64,000 bases of DNA, taken from a virus. Its lineage: Duplodnaviria > Heunggongvirae > Uroviricota > Caudoviricetes. Positions within the stretch are counted from its first letter, which is position 1, and every line of letters starts with the position of its first letter. The notes beneath the pieces are model-generated. The model saw nothing but the letters and a program-made list of their open reading frames with translations, was not told the DNA's origin and made no database searches. The DNA lies in the IMG/VR virus record IMGVR_UViG_3300029288_000059, positions 64,001 through 128,000 of that record. One strand, written 5' to 3'. This document shows positions 30,354 through 39,541 of the stretch, one piece after another. The translations under genes were made by a program, and so were the position numbers.

Positions 30354-30515
30354 ATGCAACGAATTAGATTATCAAAATGGGCAGAATTAAACGGATATAC
30401 AAAAAGAGGAGCGTATAATCTGTTTAAACAAGGAAAATTACCCAATGCAACTCAATTACCTACTGGTACTAAACGTAAGACTGAGAAGTTAATACAGGAA
30501 CTTAATAATGATTAG
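30354..30515 (+). pseudogene. tnpA: IS607 TnpA remnant (N-terminal HTH fused to C-terminal tail, catalytic domain deleted)
   Basis: MQRIRLSKWAELNGYTKRGAYNLFKQGKLPNATQLPTGT-KRKTEKLIQELNND*, overlapping the tnpB start. Confidence 0.75.
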
Positions 30516-31788
30516 GTCAAGTAAGCTATCACTTAAATTTATGAATACTAATAAACGTGATAGATATAACGAGTTCCTACTTGACTATAATCATGCAGTA
30601 CAATTTTATATCAATTACTTATGGAATACCGAAATCACAAGAAATATTAAAGATAAACAATATAAATGGTATCCATCAAAACAGATGTATGAACTACCAA
30701 CTATGTTATCAACCACGGATATACAAATAGATACTCCTTTATCAGCCCGAGCTTTGAAATGTGCAATTACTCAATCTATTGGCATTATACAATCAGTTGT
30801 ACGAAAATATAATAAGAAGAAATATGTATTAACAAAAAAACAGAAATCGAATACTCAATCTATTAGAAAATTACAAAGTTTTATTGATAAAAATCAACCA
30901 ACCAAACCATTAATAAACAAAATAGAGATGGAACTAAACTCAATAGTGGCTAAATTAGTTGATAATAAAACAAAATTTGATTGTTTGCTTAAATTATCAT
31001 GTTTAGGTAAGAAGTATGGTACTATTATAATACCAATAAAATACACGACACATAGTAATAAATTAAGCAATATGGGACAAGTCAAAACTTCTTTCTTGTT
31101 TGGAAACAATGCAGTTTCATTTAGATATGATATAGAACCAATACATAATACGTCAAATGTGATAGTTGGTGGTGATATAGGGCAAACTACTACTTTGACT
31201 TTAAGTGATGGAAATATAACCAAGCCAAATAATCATGGGTATGACTTGAAGTTAATCAATAACATCATGGCAAGGAAGAAAAAAGGAAGCAAGGCATTTG
31301 CCCGTTGTCAAGCACACAGAACTAATTATATAAATTGGTCTATTAAACAACTAAACTTAGGTAATTATAAAGAAATAAGACTCGAATCGAATAAAAATAT
31401 CAAGAAGGGACGTAGAATGAGTAAGTCACTTACTCACTGGTCTTGGAAGGATATTAATAATTCCATAACAATGAATGCGGAACTACATGATGTTCATGTA
31501 GTAATGCAACATCCGACTTATAAAAGTCAGAGATGTAATTGTTGTGGTTATGTACATAAAGGAAATCGCAAAAGTAAATTGTTCAAGTGCCGTCATTGTG
31601 GTTATACTGCGGATGCGGATTTGAATGGTGCTTTGAATAATAGCATTGATTTGCCTATTATTAGTCGTACCTTTATGGCTGAAAAACATAATACCATTGG
31701 TTTCTTTTGGAATACAACTGGTATTAGTTTATCGGGAGAGGCACGTACAGTTCCTCTTACTAAAAAACATAAACCAATACAAGGTTAA
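30508..31788 (+). CDS. tnpB: TnpB RNA-guided endonuclease (divergent from the other two)
   Basis: GGDIG, RLES, DADLNG; CNCCG..CRHCG. Confidence 0.9.
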   Translation: MIRSSKLSLKFMNTNKRDRYNEFLLDYNHAVQFYINYLWNTEITRNIKDKQYKWYPSKQMYELPTMLSTTDIQIDTPLSARALKCAITQSIGIIQSVVRKYNKKKYVLTKKQKSNTQSIRKLQSFIDKNQPTKPLINKIEMELNSIVAKLVDNKTKFDCLLKLSCLGKKYGTIIIPIKYTTHSNKLSNMGQVKTSFLFGNNAVSFRYDIEPIHNTSNVIVGGDIGQTTTLTLSDGNITKPNNHGYDLKLINNIMARKKKGSKAFARCQAHRTNYINWSIKQLNLGNYKEIRLESNKNIKKGRRMSKSLTHWSWKDINNSITMNAELHDVHVVMQHPTYKSQRCNCCGYVHKGNRKSKLFKCRHCGYTADADLNGALNNSIDLPIISRTFMAEKHNTIGFFWNTTGISLSGEARTVPLTKKHKPIQG

Positions 31789-31800
31789 TAATGTATTGGT

Positions 31801-32067
31801 TTAAGTAACTGTGTTTTTCTTTTTAGCCTCAATTTCATTCCGTTTAATTATTTTAGCGTTATTAATAGCAACTTCTTCTGCTATGATTTCATCTTTCAAT
31901 TCGTAATTACCGTTTTGGGTACATACGAAGTCTTCTATATCTTCCTTTAATTCGTCATCATCAACATTGGCACAGACGCTATTAGGGTCCATTTTCTTAT
32001 TACATATATCATACATAAGACATTCTTTACAATTAACATTTTCAAAATATTCTTTTACTGTTGTCAT
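31801..32067 (-). CDS. 5' part of a hypothetical gene truncated by element 3
   Basis: MTTVKEY..; terminal codons VT* are supplied by the element end. Confidence 0.65.
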   Translation of the reverse strand: MTTVKEYFENVNCKECLMYDICNKKMDPNSVCANVDDDELKEDIEDFVCTQNGNYELKDEIIAEEVAINNAKIIKRNEIEAKKKNTVT

Positions 32068-32199
32068 AATATTTAACTCCCTTTGTTCGTATTTATAATT
32101 TAAGTATAACATATTATAAACCAATGTCAACAATTTTGTTTGACTTTTTATGTGATATATTATAAATTAGTTATAAATTATCAACTAGGAGTTAAACAA

Positions 32200-32853
32200 A
32201 TGAGAGTTGTTGGTATAGACAAACATTGGTATGGTGATAAGTATTCGCTTGTTGCCTTACAAAAAGAAGAAGCAACATTAAAATACAAGGGTAGAGAATA
32301 TACTGTTTCAAAACCTAGAAATGCTTATTTTAAATTCCCAGTATCACAAGCTAGTTTCATCGTGGGGAGTGATGTCCCATTACAAGACATTGTGAATTTA
32401 TACTATGACGATTTTGTCGAACAATTATTAGATAAATTGAGTGAAACGGAAACCATTCAAACGAATCATCATAATTTAAAGACTTTACCACCATCGACCC
32501 CTTGTTTAATTTTTCTAATTCCAATAACCACTAACGATATGAGCATTGGTAAAATTGCCAAACTGGCATTACAAGGTAATCGTAACGCGATGTTTTCATT
32601 GGCGTATTATTACTATTTCGGTAATCCAAAATTAAAAATGAATGATACATTATCATATATATGGTTTAATATTTATCATGGGACTTCAAAGACGGGTAAG
32701 GACTCATTAATTAATAAAGCAAGTGAAATGAGGGACTTATTATATTCACAGTTAGGGGATTCCCATTTAAGGGAATGGTCTAATATACAGAAGAAGATAT
32801 TTGATAAAGTATCACGCAATATTGAACAAGCACAGTTAATAGATTTTACGTAA
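32200..32853 (+). CDS. Sel1-like repeat protein
   Basis: ALQGNRNAMFSLAYYYYFG...SYIWF. Confidence 0.55.
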   Translation: MRVVGIDKHWYGDKYSLVALQKEEATLKYKGREYTVSKPRNAYFKFPVSQASFIVGSDVPLQDIVNLYYDDFVEQLLDKLSETETIQTNHHNLKTLPPSTPCLIFLIPITTNDMSIGKIAKLALQGNRNAMFSLAYYYYFGNPKLKMNDTLSYIWFNIYHGTSKTGKDSLINKASEMRDLLYSQLGDSHLREWSNIQKKIFDKVSRNIEQAQLIDFT

Positions 32854-32918
32854 TACAATATATAGATATGTTGAATATTCTAATGAATATCATCCAATAT
32901 AATGAAAGATGAATTAAA

Positions 32919-34409
32919 ATGTTAATAGCAATCACGGGTCAAATTTGTAGCGGAAAATCTACTGCTATAAAATTACTAAAGACATCGTTTACTAAGTATG
33001 AATATATTGATTTGGATGTTGTAGTTAAATCATTTGTACCAACACCTACTGAACATAGTGTGGAACAATTATTAACTGATGATTCACTATATTATAATAT
33101 GATATCCACATATAGTGAACAGTTATATACATATATAACCAACCTAGATAAGAACAAAAATTACATAATAGAGGCATCTTCATTATATGCATATCCACAA
33201 TTACTCCCTTTGTTTGATAAAGTTATTGAGATTATAGCAAGTGATACAATACGTAACAATAATAGGAAGAAACGTCAATTACCAAAACAATTATATGACT
33301 TGTTTAATGCCCGTTATACTAGAAACGTATCATTAAACAAAGCTATACAGTCAATGGATATAATATATGTCCATATTACTAGAGGGACATTATTAGAATT
33401 ACGGGGTGAAATCGAAGCGGCATTAATAAGAGCTACCTCAAATGATTTTAATACATTCCTATTATTAAATAGTATTAGTAAATTGAATGATGATGGTTGG
33501 GACAATCCATATCATAATATAAATCATACCAAAACAGTATTAACGAATTTATTACAAAAGACTAATGATTTAGAATTGGGTGTTGCTGCGATATTTCATG
33601 ACTTTATGTATAGTCCAAAGAATGATAGTGATGATAATTTGGGGCGTGCTGAAATTGCATTTAATAACAATATATCTAAGTTATCATTAAATCATCTTAT
33701 AACCGCTGAATCATATAAAAAGATTAATAATTTAATAGCTACATCTGATTACAATAGTAAAAAAGATGAGTACAGTAATATACTATTCGAATCGGATATA
33801 TCACATTTTACGCGTACTAAGGAAGAAATTATTGAAACAGAGATGTTATTATTTAAAGAATATCAACAGTATGATTTTATGATGTATAGAAAAGAACATA
33901 CAAAAATATTACGGACTATTTATGAGATTACTAATAACTCACAAGTTAAGATGGGTATTGAGGTAGCGATATCTTGGCTATCTACCTTTACTCCCAAGAT
34001 TGGTTGGTTCTGTGGCTCATTTAACCCATTCACAATAGGTCACTTGGATATATTACAAAAGGCAGAGTTACAGTTTGATAAGGTTGTAATTGTGCAAGCA
34101 CAAAATCCTACTAAAACCCAAATTAATAAGATACAGTGTGAATCATTAAACAACGAATGTATTATTGTTGAAAATATGCCTAATGCAATTAATCAATGTT
34201 ATTATACTCCAACATTAATTAGAGGGGTTCGAAACCAACGTGATGTTGAGGATTCACAGTTATGGTTATCCCAAATTAATGAATTGGTTAATGAGCCAGT
34301 CCAATGTACGGTTATCATTGGAGACCAACGTTTAACGCATATTAGTTCTACCTTTGTAAGACAAGTTAAAGATATGGGTAATGATATAACTCCTTGGTTG
34401 GTCTCATAA
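32919..34409 (+). CDS. fusion: dephospho-CoA kinase-like + HD domain + phosphopantetheine adenylyltransferase-like
   Basis: IAITGQICSGKST; YHNINH..FHD..D; GSFNPFTIGHLDI, IRGVRN, HISSTFVR. Confidence 0.8.
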   Translation: MLIAITGQICSGKSTAIKLLKTSFTKYEYIDLDVVVKSFVPTPTEHSVEQLLTDDSLYYNMISTYSEQLYTYITNLDKNKNYIIEASSLYAYPQLLPLFDKVIEIIASDTIRNNNRKKRQLPKQLYDLFNARYTRNVSLNKAIQSMDIIYVHITRGTLLELRGEIEAALIRATSNDFNTFLLLNSISKLNDDGWDNPYHNINHTKTVLTNLLQKTNDLELGVAAIFHDFMYSPKNDSDDNLGRAEIAFNNNISKLSLNHLITAESYKKINNLIATSDYNSKKDEYSNILFESDISHFTRTKEEIIETEMLLFKEYQQYDFMMYRKEHTKILRTIYEITNNSQVKMGIEVAISWLSTFTPKIGWFCGSFNPFTIGHLDILQKAELQFDKVVIVQAQNPTKTQINKIQCESLNNECIIVENMPNAINQCYYTPTLIRGVRNQRDVEDSQLWLSQINELVNEPVQCTVIIGDQRLTHISSTFVRQVKDMGNDITPWLVS

Positions 34410-34430
34410 CATAGTAGACTAGAAGGAATA

Positions 34431-34886
34431 ATGATTATGGATATAGGAAGTGGTAAGGGTTATCCTGAAAGTGCATTATCAAATTTTGCAGGACATAGAT
34501 TTACGATTGATGAAATCGTATGTAATTCGATGGAAGGATTTTTACAATCATTAAAATTCTCAAATGTAGATATGCAAGTTCATATATGTTCATTGGTTGG
34601 ACGTGCAGCTAAATTTGCCGGAGCTAAAAAGAATTGGAAAACAAAAGGAATACTATATTGGAGAGGTAATAATATTGACCGTTTTAGTAATGAATATCAG
34701 ACGTTACTAGATAGGGCATTTACGGAGATGTTTAAACAATCCGAAGGATTTAGAAACGCATTATTGGCATCTAATAACGCTACATTAACTCATTCTATTG
34801 GTAAAAGTGATGCTAAGGATACCGTATTAACGAGGGCGGAGTTTTGCTCCCGTTTAACAAAACTCCGCCAATATGGTAATATCTAA
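34431..34886 (+). CDS. NADAR/YbiA-like protein (T4 gp30.3-like)
   Basis: LSNFA..SMEGFLQSLKF..LTHSIG..TVLT. Confidence 0.75.
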   Translation: MIMDIGSGKGYPESALSNFAGHRFTIDEIVCNSMEGFLQSLKFSNVDMQVHICSLVGRAAKFAGAKKNWKTKGILYWRGNNIDRFSNEYQTLLDRAFTEMFKQSEGFRNALLASNNATLTHSIGKSDAKDTVLTRAEFCSRLTKLRQYGNI

Positions 34887-35539
34887 TCAATCTTACAGTT
34901 ATATTCCCGTTGCCATACATCATCCGCTAACCGAGACTTTTGTTCTAATGATTGGTTAATGATAGATGTTTCACATTCTGTATATGGAATTTCTAACTTA
35001 CTAACTCGTACATCACCCCATAGTCTTTTATATAATAATCCATATTGTGATGGAGTAAATGATATAATGACTTTCTTAAACGACATTATACGTGGTTCTA
35101 TTTGTTCTTCCCATATATTACAGATTGTCTCTTCCCTATGATATGCTAGTTCGTCAATGATAACGATATCCGCATTGATATACATATTAGTAGTAATTTT
35201 ACTACCATTTGAAAATTCAATTGTTGTATTAGTAGAAACATTAAACTTCAACGATGGAAATCCAACAATTAACTGTTTCATGCGTTGAATTATAAACGAG
35301 CTTTGTGCTTGTTTAGTAGATAGAAAAGAAATAGTAATATTGGGATTATCAGATACATACTTTAATGCATATAGTATCAATAATGTTGTCATACCACATT
35401 GACGACATTTATTAATCATAACAAACTCATTATCATCAATAAAATTAGATATTTTTGTCTGTTGTCTAAACGGTTTGAAATATACTGGGATTTGTATGTT
35501 ACCTAATAATACGGACGGCATTTGTTCAATTGTATTCAT
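34883..35539 (-). CDS. terminase large-subunit ATPase-like protein (short, degenerate)
   Basis: KCRQCGMTT, FSNGSKI, IIDELAY, SFTP, WQREYNC. Confidence 0.7.
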   Translation of the reverse strand: MNTIEQMPSVLLGNIQIPVYFKPFRQQTKISNFIDDNEFVMINKCRQCGMTTLLILYALKYVSDNPNITISFLSTKQAQSSFIIQRMKQLIVGFPSLKFNVSTNTTIEFSNGSKITTNMYINADIVIIDELAYHREETICNIWEEQIEPRIMSFKKVIISFTPSQYGLLYKRLWGDVRVSKLEIPYTECETSIINQSLEQKSRLADDVWQREYNCKID

Positions 35540-35649
35540 TTTAGAACCTCACATTAAGGATACTATGGCTACCAATTAACCATTCAATCCTATTTGTATT
35601 TATTAACATGGAAAGTTATAAATATAACAAATAATAAGGAGTTATAGTT

Positions 35650-36237
35650 ATGGCATTAATCGGACAGTATGATAATTCAAATAGATTTGCATTAGCGGAT
35701 GGTTCTAATTTAACCCCTGCTAATGGTTGGTCCACAATTTATATTCCATCTTCAGCATTTACAAAACCGTTAAACACTACTACATATCCTGCGTATAGTA
35801 CCTTAACTGATAATGATATAACACAATACGCCGTTTTCTTACCAAGTGTAGATACTTACGCTCAAACTAATTTCTTAATTCCTGCAAAGATGATAGCATC
35901 ACATGGATTACAAATAAAATTCCATACATACGGTATTCATACCAGTTCTAGTGATGATAATAATATTGTGTTGGGTGTTATGGGTAAAACATTTAATCCA
36001 AATACGACTATTGCAACCACATATAGTAATATAGTTACAACGACTGCAACTATTAATGCTTCTAAAATGCGTGAATCAACAGTTACGATTACCCCACAAG
36101 ATTTTGCAGCCGATTGCCCTGTAAGTTTAATATTTGGACGTATTGGTACGAATAGTTCTGATTTATTAACTACCCAGAATATTGGAATAATGGGAATTAC
36201 AGTATATTATTATACTATCTTTACAAGTGATATCTAA
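35650..36237 (+). CDS. late structural protein
   Basis: TATAAATA promoter; Thr-rich composition. Confidence 0.55.
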   Translation: MALIGQYDNSNRFALADGSNLTPANGWSTIYIPSSAFTKPLNTTTYPAYSTLTDNDITQYAVFLPSVDTYAQTNFLIPAKMIASHGLQIKFHTYGIHTSSSDDNNIVLGVMGKTFNPNTTIATTYSNIVTTTATINASKMRESTVTITPQDFAADCPVSLIFGRIGTNSSDLLTTQNIGIMGITVYYYTIFTSDI

Positions 36238-36287
36238 CCTGTTAGATTAATTCAATGTTCATTTACCATTGGGTAGATGTAATTGCC

Positions 36288-36320
36288 AAACAGTTAAGGT
36301 GAAAAAGTCCTTAACTGTTT
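36288..36320 (+). terminator. stem-loop, probable terminator
   Basis: AAACAGTTAAGG-loop-CCTTAACTGTTT. Confidence 0.55.
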
Positions 36321-36343
36321 TGGTTTATAAGGAGTTATATATA

Positions 36344-36571
36344 ATGGAAATATTATATGATAAGAATGGTACAGTATTAAAAGTTGGTGATTTAGTTGGA
36401 GAACCATACGATTACGGCTGCTTCGGAAAAGGATATCGTCGATTTACGATAGTGATTCATGAAGGTGAATATAAATTCTGTGACGTTGAAACCCATTCAT
36501 GCAAAAGTAAATACGATTCTGATATCTGTTATAATGAAATATTACTATTGACGGATGGAGTTAAAGTTTAG
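36344..36571 (+). CDS. hypothetical protein (YopX-like fragment)
   Basis: YDKNGTVLKVGDLV. Confidence 0.45.
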   Translation: MEILYDKNGTVLKVGDLVGEPYDYGCFGKGYRRFTIVIHEGEYKFCDVETHSCKSKYDSDICYNEILLLTDGVKV

Positions 36572-36573
36572 AT

Positions 36574-36756
36574 TTAGGATTCATTAATTAATTTAATCTT
36601 ATCGTTGATTTCTCGTATATTGTTATACCAATAATTAATTTCACGATTCATTTCTGTTGTAAAACCATCAGCATTTTCTGCCATAGTTAATTGACGTTGT
36701 GCATATTCTAAATCTTGAGTTAGTAAGAATACTTCTAAGTCATATTGGTTTGACAT
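36574..36756 (-). CDS. hypothetical protein
   Basis: ORF after AGGA RBS. Confidence 0.45.
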   Translation of the reverse strand: MSNQYDLEVFLLTQDLEYAQRQLTMAENADGFTTEMNREINYWYNNIREINDKIKLINES

Positions 36757-36772
36757 ATTTTTAATCCTATAT

Positions 36773-37078
36773 TTAATTGTAAAATTGCCATTCACCTTGT
36801 TCGTTTGCTTCAATAAGATGTTCTATTTTGCCATCTTCTTTAAGTAAATCAACATCAATATATGTTCCGAAGTCTGTTGAGAAAAAAACTATTATGTTTT
36901 TTCCCATGAATTTACATAAAATCTCTTCTATATATTCTCCGTTATGAGTTGATTTTTTAATATCTAAAATTTCTAACTGTGGAACCAACTTTAATTTGTC
37001 AACGGTATTTATATTTGATAAAGAAAAAACACTAAGAAGTTTATGTTTAAATTCTTGGTCGATTGGTTGCTCATCCAT
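36773..37078 (-). CDS. hypothetical early protein
   Basis: early promoter upstream. Confidence 0.5.
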   Translation of the reverse strand: MDEQPIDQEFKHKLLSVFSLSNINTVDKLKLVPQLEILDIKKSTHNGEYIEEILCKFMGKNIIVFFSTDFGTYIDVDLLKEDGKIEHLIEANEQGEWQFYN

Positions 37079-37178
37079 CTTTTTAATTCCTTATATTAGT
37101 TTATAATTTAAGTATAACACATCACATCGTAATGTCAATTGTTATTTTAATAAATATAACAAACATGGGGAGATTGAT

Positions 37179-37901
37179 ATGTTAACAGTGAATAATTTGA
37201 TTGGGTTTAATGGTAGTGGTATAAAAGAATACACTATTACGATTGCTACTAATACAACCACGTTTGATTTAAATACTCAATTAACATTATTGGGTGCTGA
37301 TATAACGGATTCACTTACTGTTAATATAATCATTAATAATGGAATCATACTTGGTTCCACATCTAGTTCTATACCTGCATTAACTGTCAACTTAACTAAT
37401 TCAATTGTTAATCTTATTAATAATGGATACCTTGTTGGAAAAGGTGGTAATGGTTCGGAAGTAGATAACACTGATGGTGATAACGGTGGTGATGCATTAG
37501 TCGTACATAGTCCTGTTAATTTAACTAATAATGGAACTATTGGTGGTGGTGGGGGTGGTGGGGGAAAAGGGGCTCATACTGTACGAGATAATGGTTCCCG
37601 TGGTGGTGGTGGTGCTGGATGGAATGTAGGTGAAGGTGGACAAGGTGTACCATTAAGTAATATTGATGGTTGTTATGGTGGGGAAGATGGAACATTATTA
37701 ACGGGTGGACTAGGTGGACATGGTGGGGCATGGAATGATGGTCCTTATGGTGGTGACGGTGGTAATGGTGGTGATTTGGGACAAGATGGATATAATGGTG
37801 CGGACACTTGGGGTGGTCGTGCTGGTTATGCCATCGTAGGATTTAATAGAGTTAATGTTATTAATATAGGCACTACCGCTGGTTATCTCATAGCAAATTA
37901 A
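37179..37901 (+). CDS. glycine-rich tail-fibre adhesin (gp38-like)
   Basis: NNGYLVGKGGNG, NNGTIGGGGGGGG, GGxGG repeats, GRAGYAI. Confidence 0.75.
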   Translation: MLTVNNLIGFNGSGIKEYTITIATNTTTFDLNTQLTLLGADITDSLTVNIIINNGIILGSTSSSIPALTVNLTNSIVNLINNGYLVGKGGNGSEVDNTDGDNGGDALVVHSPVNLTNNGTIGGGGGGGGKGAHTVRDNGSRGGGGAGWNVGEGGQGVPLSNIDGCYGGEDGTLLTGGLGGHGGAWNDGPYGGDGGNGGDLGQDGYNGADTWGGRAGYAIVGFNRVNVINIGTTAGYLIAN

Positions 37902-37957
37902 AATAACTTGACATATCATTATATCATAATTATATTCTTAATAGAGGAGATATAATT

Positions 37958-38161
37958 ATGATTATTAGTGATGACGATAAAAAGAAAATAGAGGAAGTTA
38001 TTAGTCGTTCTGTGAAAGAAATACTTAAAACTAATATAACGGTTAGTTTGGGTGATTTACATTATACAGGTGATAAAATAAAAACGTTGGTAACTATGGA
38101 AACCCATAATGACCAACGTTTATCTAATACAATGTTAGCTAACTTTTTAAGAACTCGTTAA
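37958..38161 (+). CDS. hypothetical protein
   Basis: TTGACA promoter and GAGGAG RBS. Confidence 0.45.
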   Translation: MIISDDDKKKIEEVISRSVKEILKTNITVSLGDLHYTGDKIKTLVTMETHNDQRLSNTMLANFLRTR

Positions 38162-38508
38162 ACTCTTTCTACTACACTTGCAGTAACTTCAATATCACCA
38201 CTCATTGGTGTACGAACTCTTAACATTTCTAATGTTTCCAATGTGATTTGTTTATCCCAACTAAGTGTCGTTCCCGCCGGAATTGTAATTTGGAATCCAA
38301 GATAAACGGATGTTGTACCGTCAAAACGTGTAACATCCACTTTAATATCATTAATGCCATCAACATTAGAAATGAATAATGAATGAATAATGGCAGTACT
38401 ATTAGCTGAACGAGTTTTACCCATTCCAATACTACCTGCGGCAGGTACAACAATCGTATCTGTCGCACCAATAATAGCTCCCGCGTAACTTCTAAATGTT
38501 TCTGACAT
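38158..38508 (-). CDS. virion structural protein
   Basis: small beta-rich protein with SNVDG..IPAGTTL..K.TLE pattern. Confidence 0.55.
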   Translation of the reverse strand: MSETFRSYAGAIIGATDTIVVPAAGSIGMGKTRSANSTAIIHSLFISNVDGINDIKVDVTRFDGTTSVYLGFQITIPAGTTLSWDKQITLETLEMLRVRTPMSGDIEVTASVVERV

Positions 38509-38526
38509 AACTAGTAACTCCTATAT

Positions 38527-39051
38527 TTAGACAACTGGTACAACTGTACAATCAGTTAATTGTAATTTTAGACTTTCATATGATTCCAACAAACTGATTA
38601 CTTCATCATGGAACGGAATAACAGCCGAATTAAAAGCAGTATTGATATCGGTATTATTAAGGATGCCAATAATTGAAGCCATTAAATTATATGTCTCTTG
38701 ATGTAGTCTTAATTCTTTGTATGGTATACTACAATAACTCAACCCTTCTGTAATTGAATTGAATATAAGACAGTTTGAAAGATAATCACCATATAATGGA
38801 TAATCAATAACTAATTGAGAGTCAGATGGTTCATCATCGTATAGTATAGAATATGTGTCTGTATTTTCATACAAATCATCAACGAGTGTTTTTGTTGCTA
38901 TTATTGTATATTTAGCATCTAATAAAATACCACATACACCTAAATCATTAGTTGTATTCGAAAACGTCACTAACCACTTCATACTTTTATCCCCCAAATG
39001 TTTAATACTATTATATTTATTGATTAAACGAGATATTCTCGATACCTGCAC
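38527..39051 (-). CDS. hypothetical protein (start uncertain)
   Basis: 174-aa ORF downstream of uvsY. Confidence 0.45.
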   Translation of the reverse strand: MQVSRISRLINKYNSIKHLGDKSMKWLVTFSNTTNDLGVCGILLDAKYTIIATKTLVDDLYENTDTYSILYDDEPSDSQLVIDYPLYGDYLSNCLIFNSITEGLSYCSIPYKELRLHQETYNLMASIIGILNNTDINTAFNSAVIPFHDEVISLLESYESLKLQLTDCTVVPVV

Positions 39052-39478
39052 AACTTAGTTTAGTAATATGACTAATCATGAAATTTTTAGTATCAAACCC
39101 TTTCATGATAGATAAGAATTTATTTCTAACTCGTGCTATATCATTAATAATGATTGCTAAATTCATAACATCATCTTCACCCTCAATATACTTCTCAACG
39201 TCACGTGAGGATAATGCTTTATTATAAGTTTCTGATAACTTTTTAAATTTATCCGATTTAACTTTATTATATTGTATATTAAGATATTCTAATACTGCTT
39301 CAATATCTTGTAATTGTGAATATCGGGTCTCAACATAACTAGCTAATGTTAAAGCCGAATCAATCAACTTACCATTAGTAGTTATTTCCTTCTTAGCTAA
39401 CTCATATTCATTAAGATAATAAGCAACACAATTATCTAACTCACGGATATCATTCTTAACAGTAATGTACCAATCCAT
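39017..39478 (-). CDS. uvsY: recombination mediator UvsY-like
   Basis: YNKALSSRDVEKYIEGE..RNKFLSIMKGFDTKNF. Confidence 0.8.
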   Translation of the reverse strand: MDWYITVKNDIRELDNCVAYYLNEYELAKKEITTNGKLIDSALTLASYVETRYSQLQDIEAVLEYLNIQYNKVKSDKFKKLSETYNKALSSRDVEKYIEGEDDVMNLAIIINDIARVRNKFLSIMKGFDTKNFMISHITKLSCAGIENISFNQ

Positions 39479-39541
39479 ATTAATACTCCTTATTATGGTA
39501 AGATTATTATAGTTAATCTTACCACTAAGTCAATGAATTGT

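Larger units (their letters stand above)
30257..31812 (+). mobile_element. IS607-family element 3 (internally deleted tnpA plus tnpB)
   Basis: left end tgttaattaagttcat; right end tgtattggtttaagtaactgt; tnpA remnant present. Confidence 0.85.

Noticed and set aside
3563-31812. TnpB elements as IStrons (group I intron hybrids) or Cas12 with a CRISPR array
   Set aside because: Left ends are only about 100-125 nt of AT-rich sequence, too short for a group I intron; element 3 is antisense to its host gene; no repeat-spacer array found
18832-32199. ORF-track N-terminal extensions such as MTIDYNVLYLNYK, MLTLVYNMLYLNYK and MTFYVIYYK
   Set aside because: They are translations of the repeated early promoter (starting in or near TTGAC); the true starts lie downstream of the RBS
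37537-37731. His-rich ORF on the minus strand
   Set aside because: Antisense shadow of GGT glycine codons in the adhesin gene
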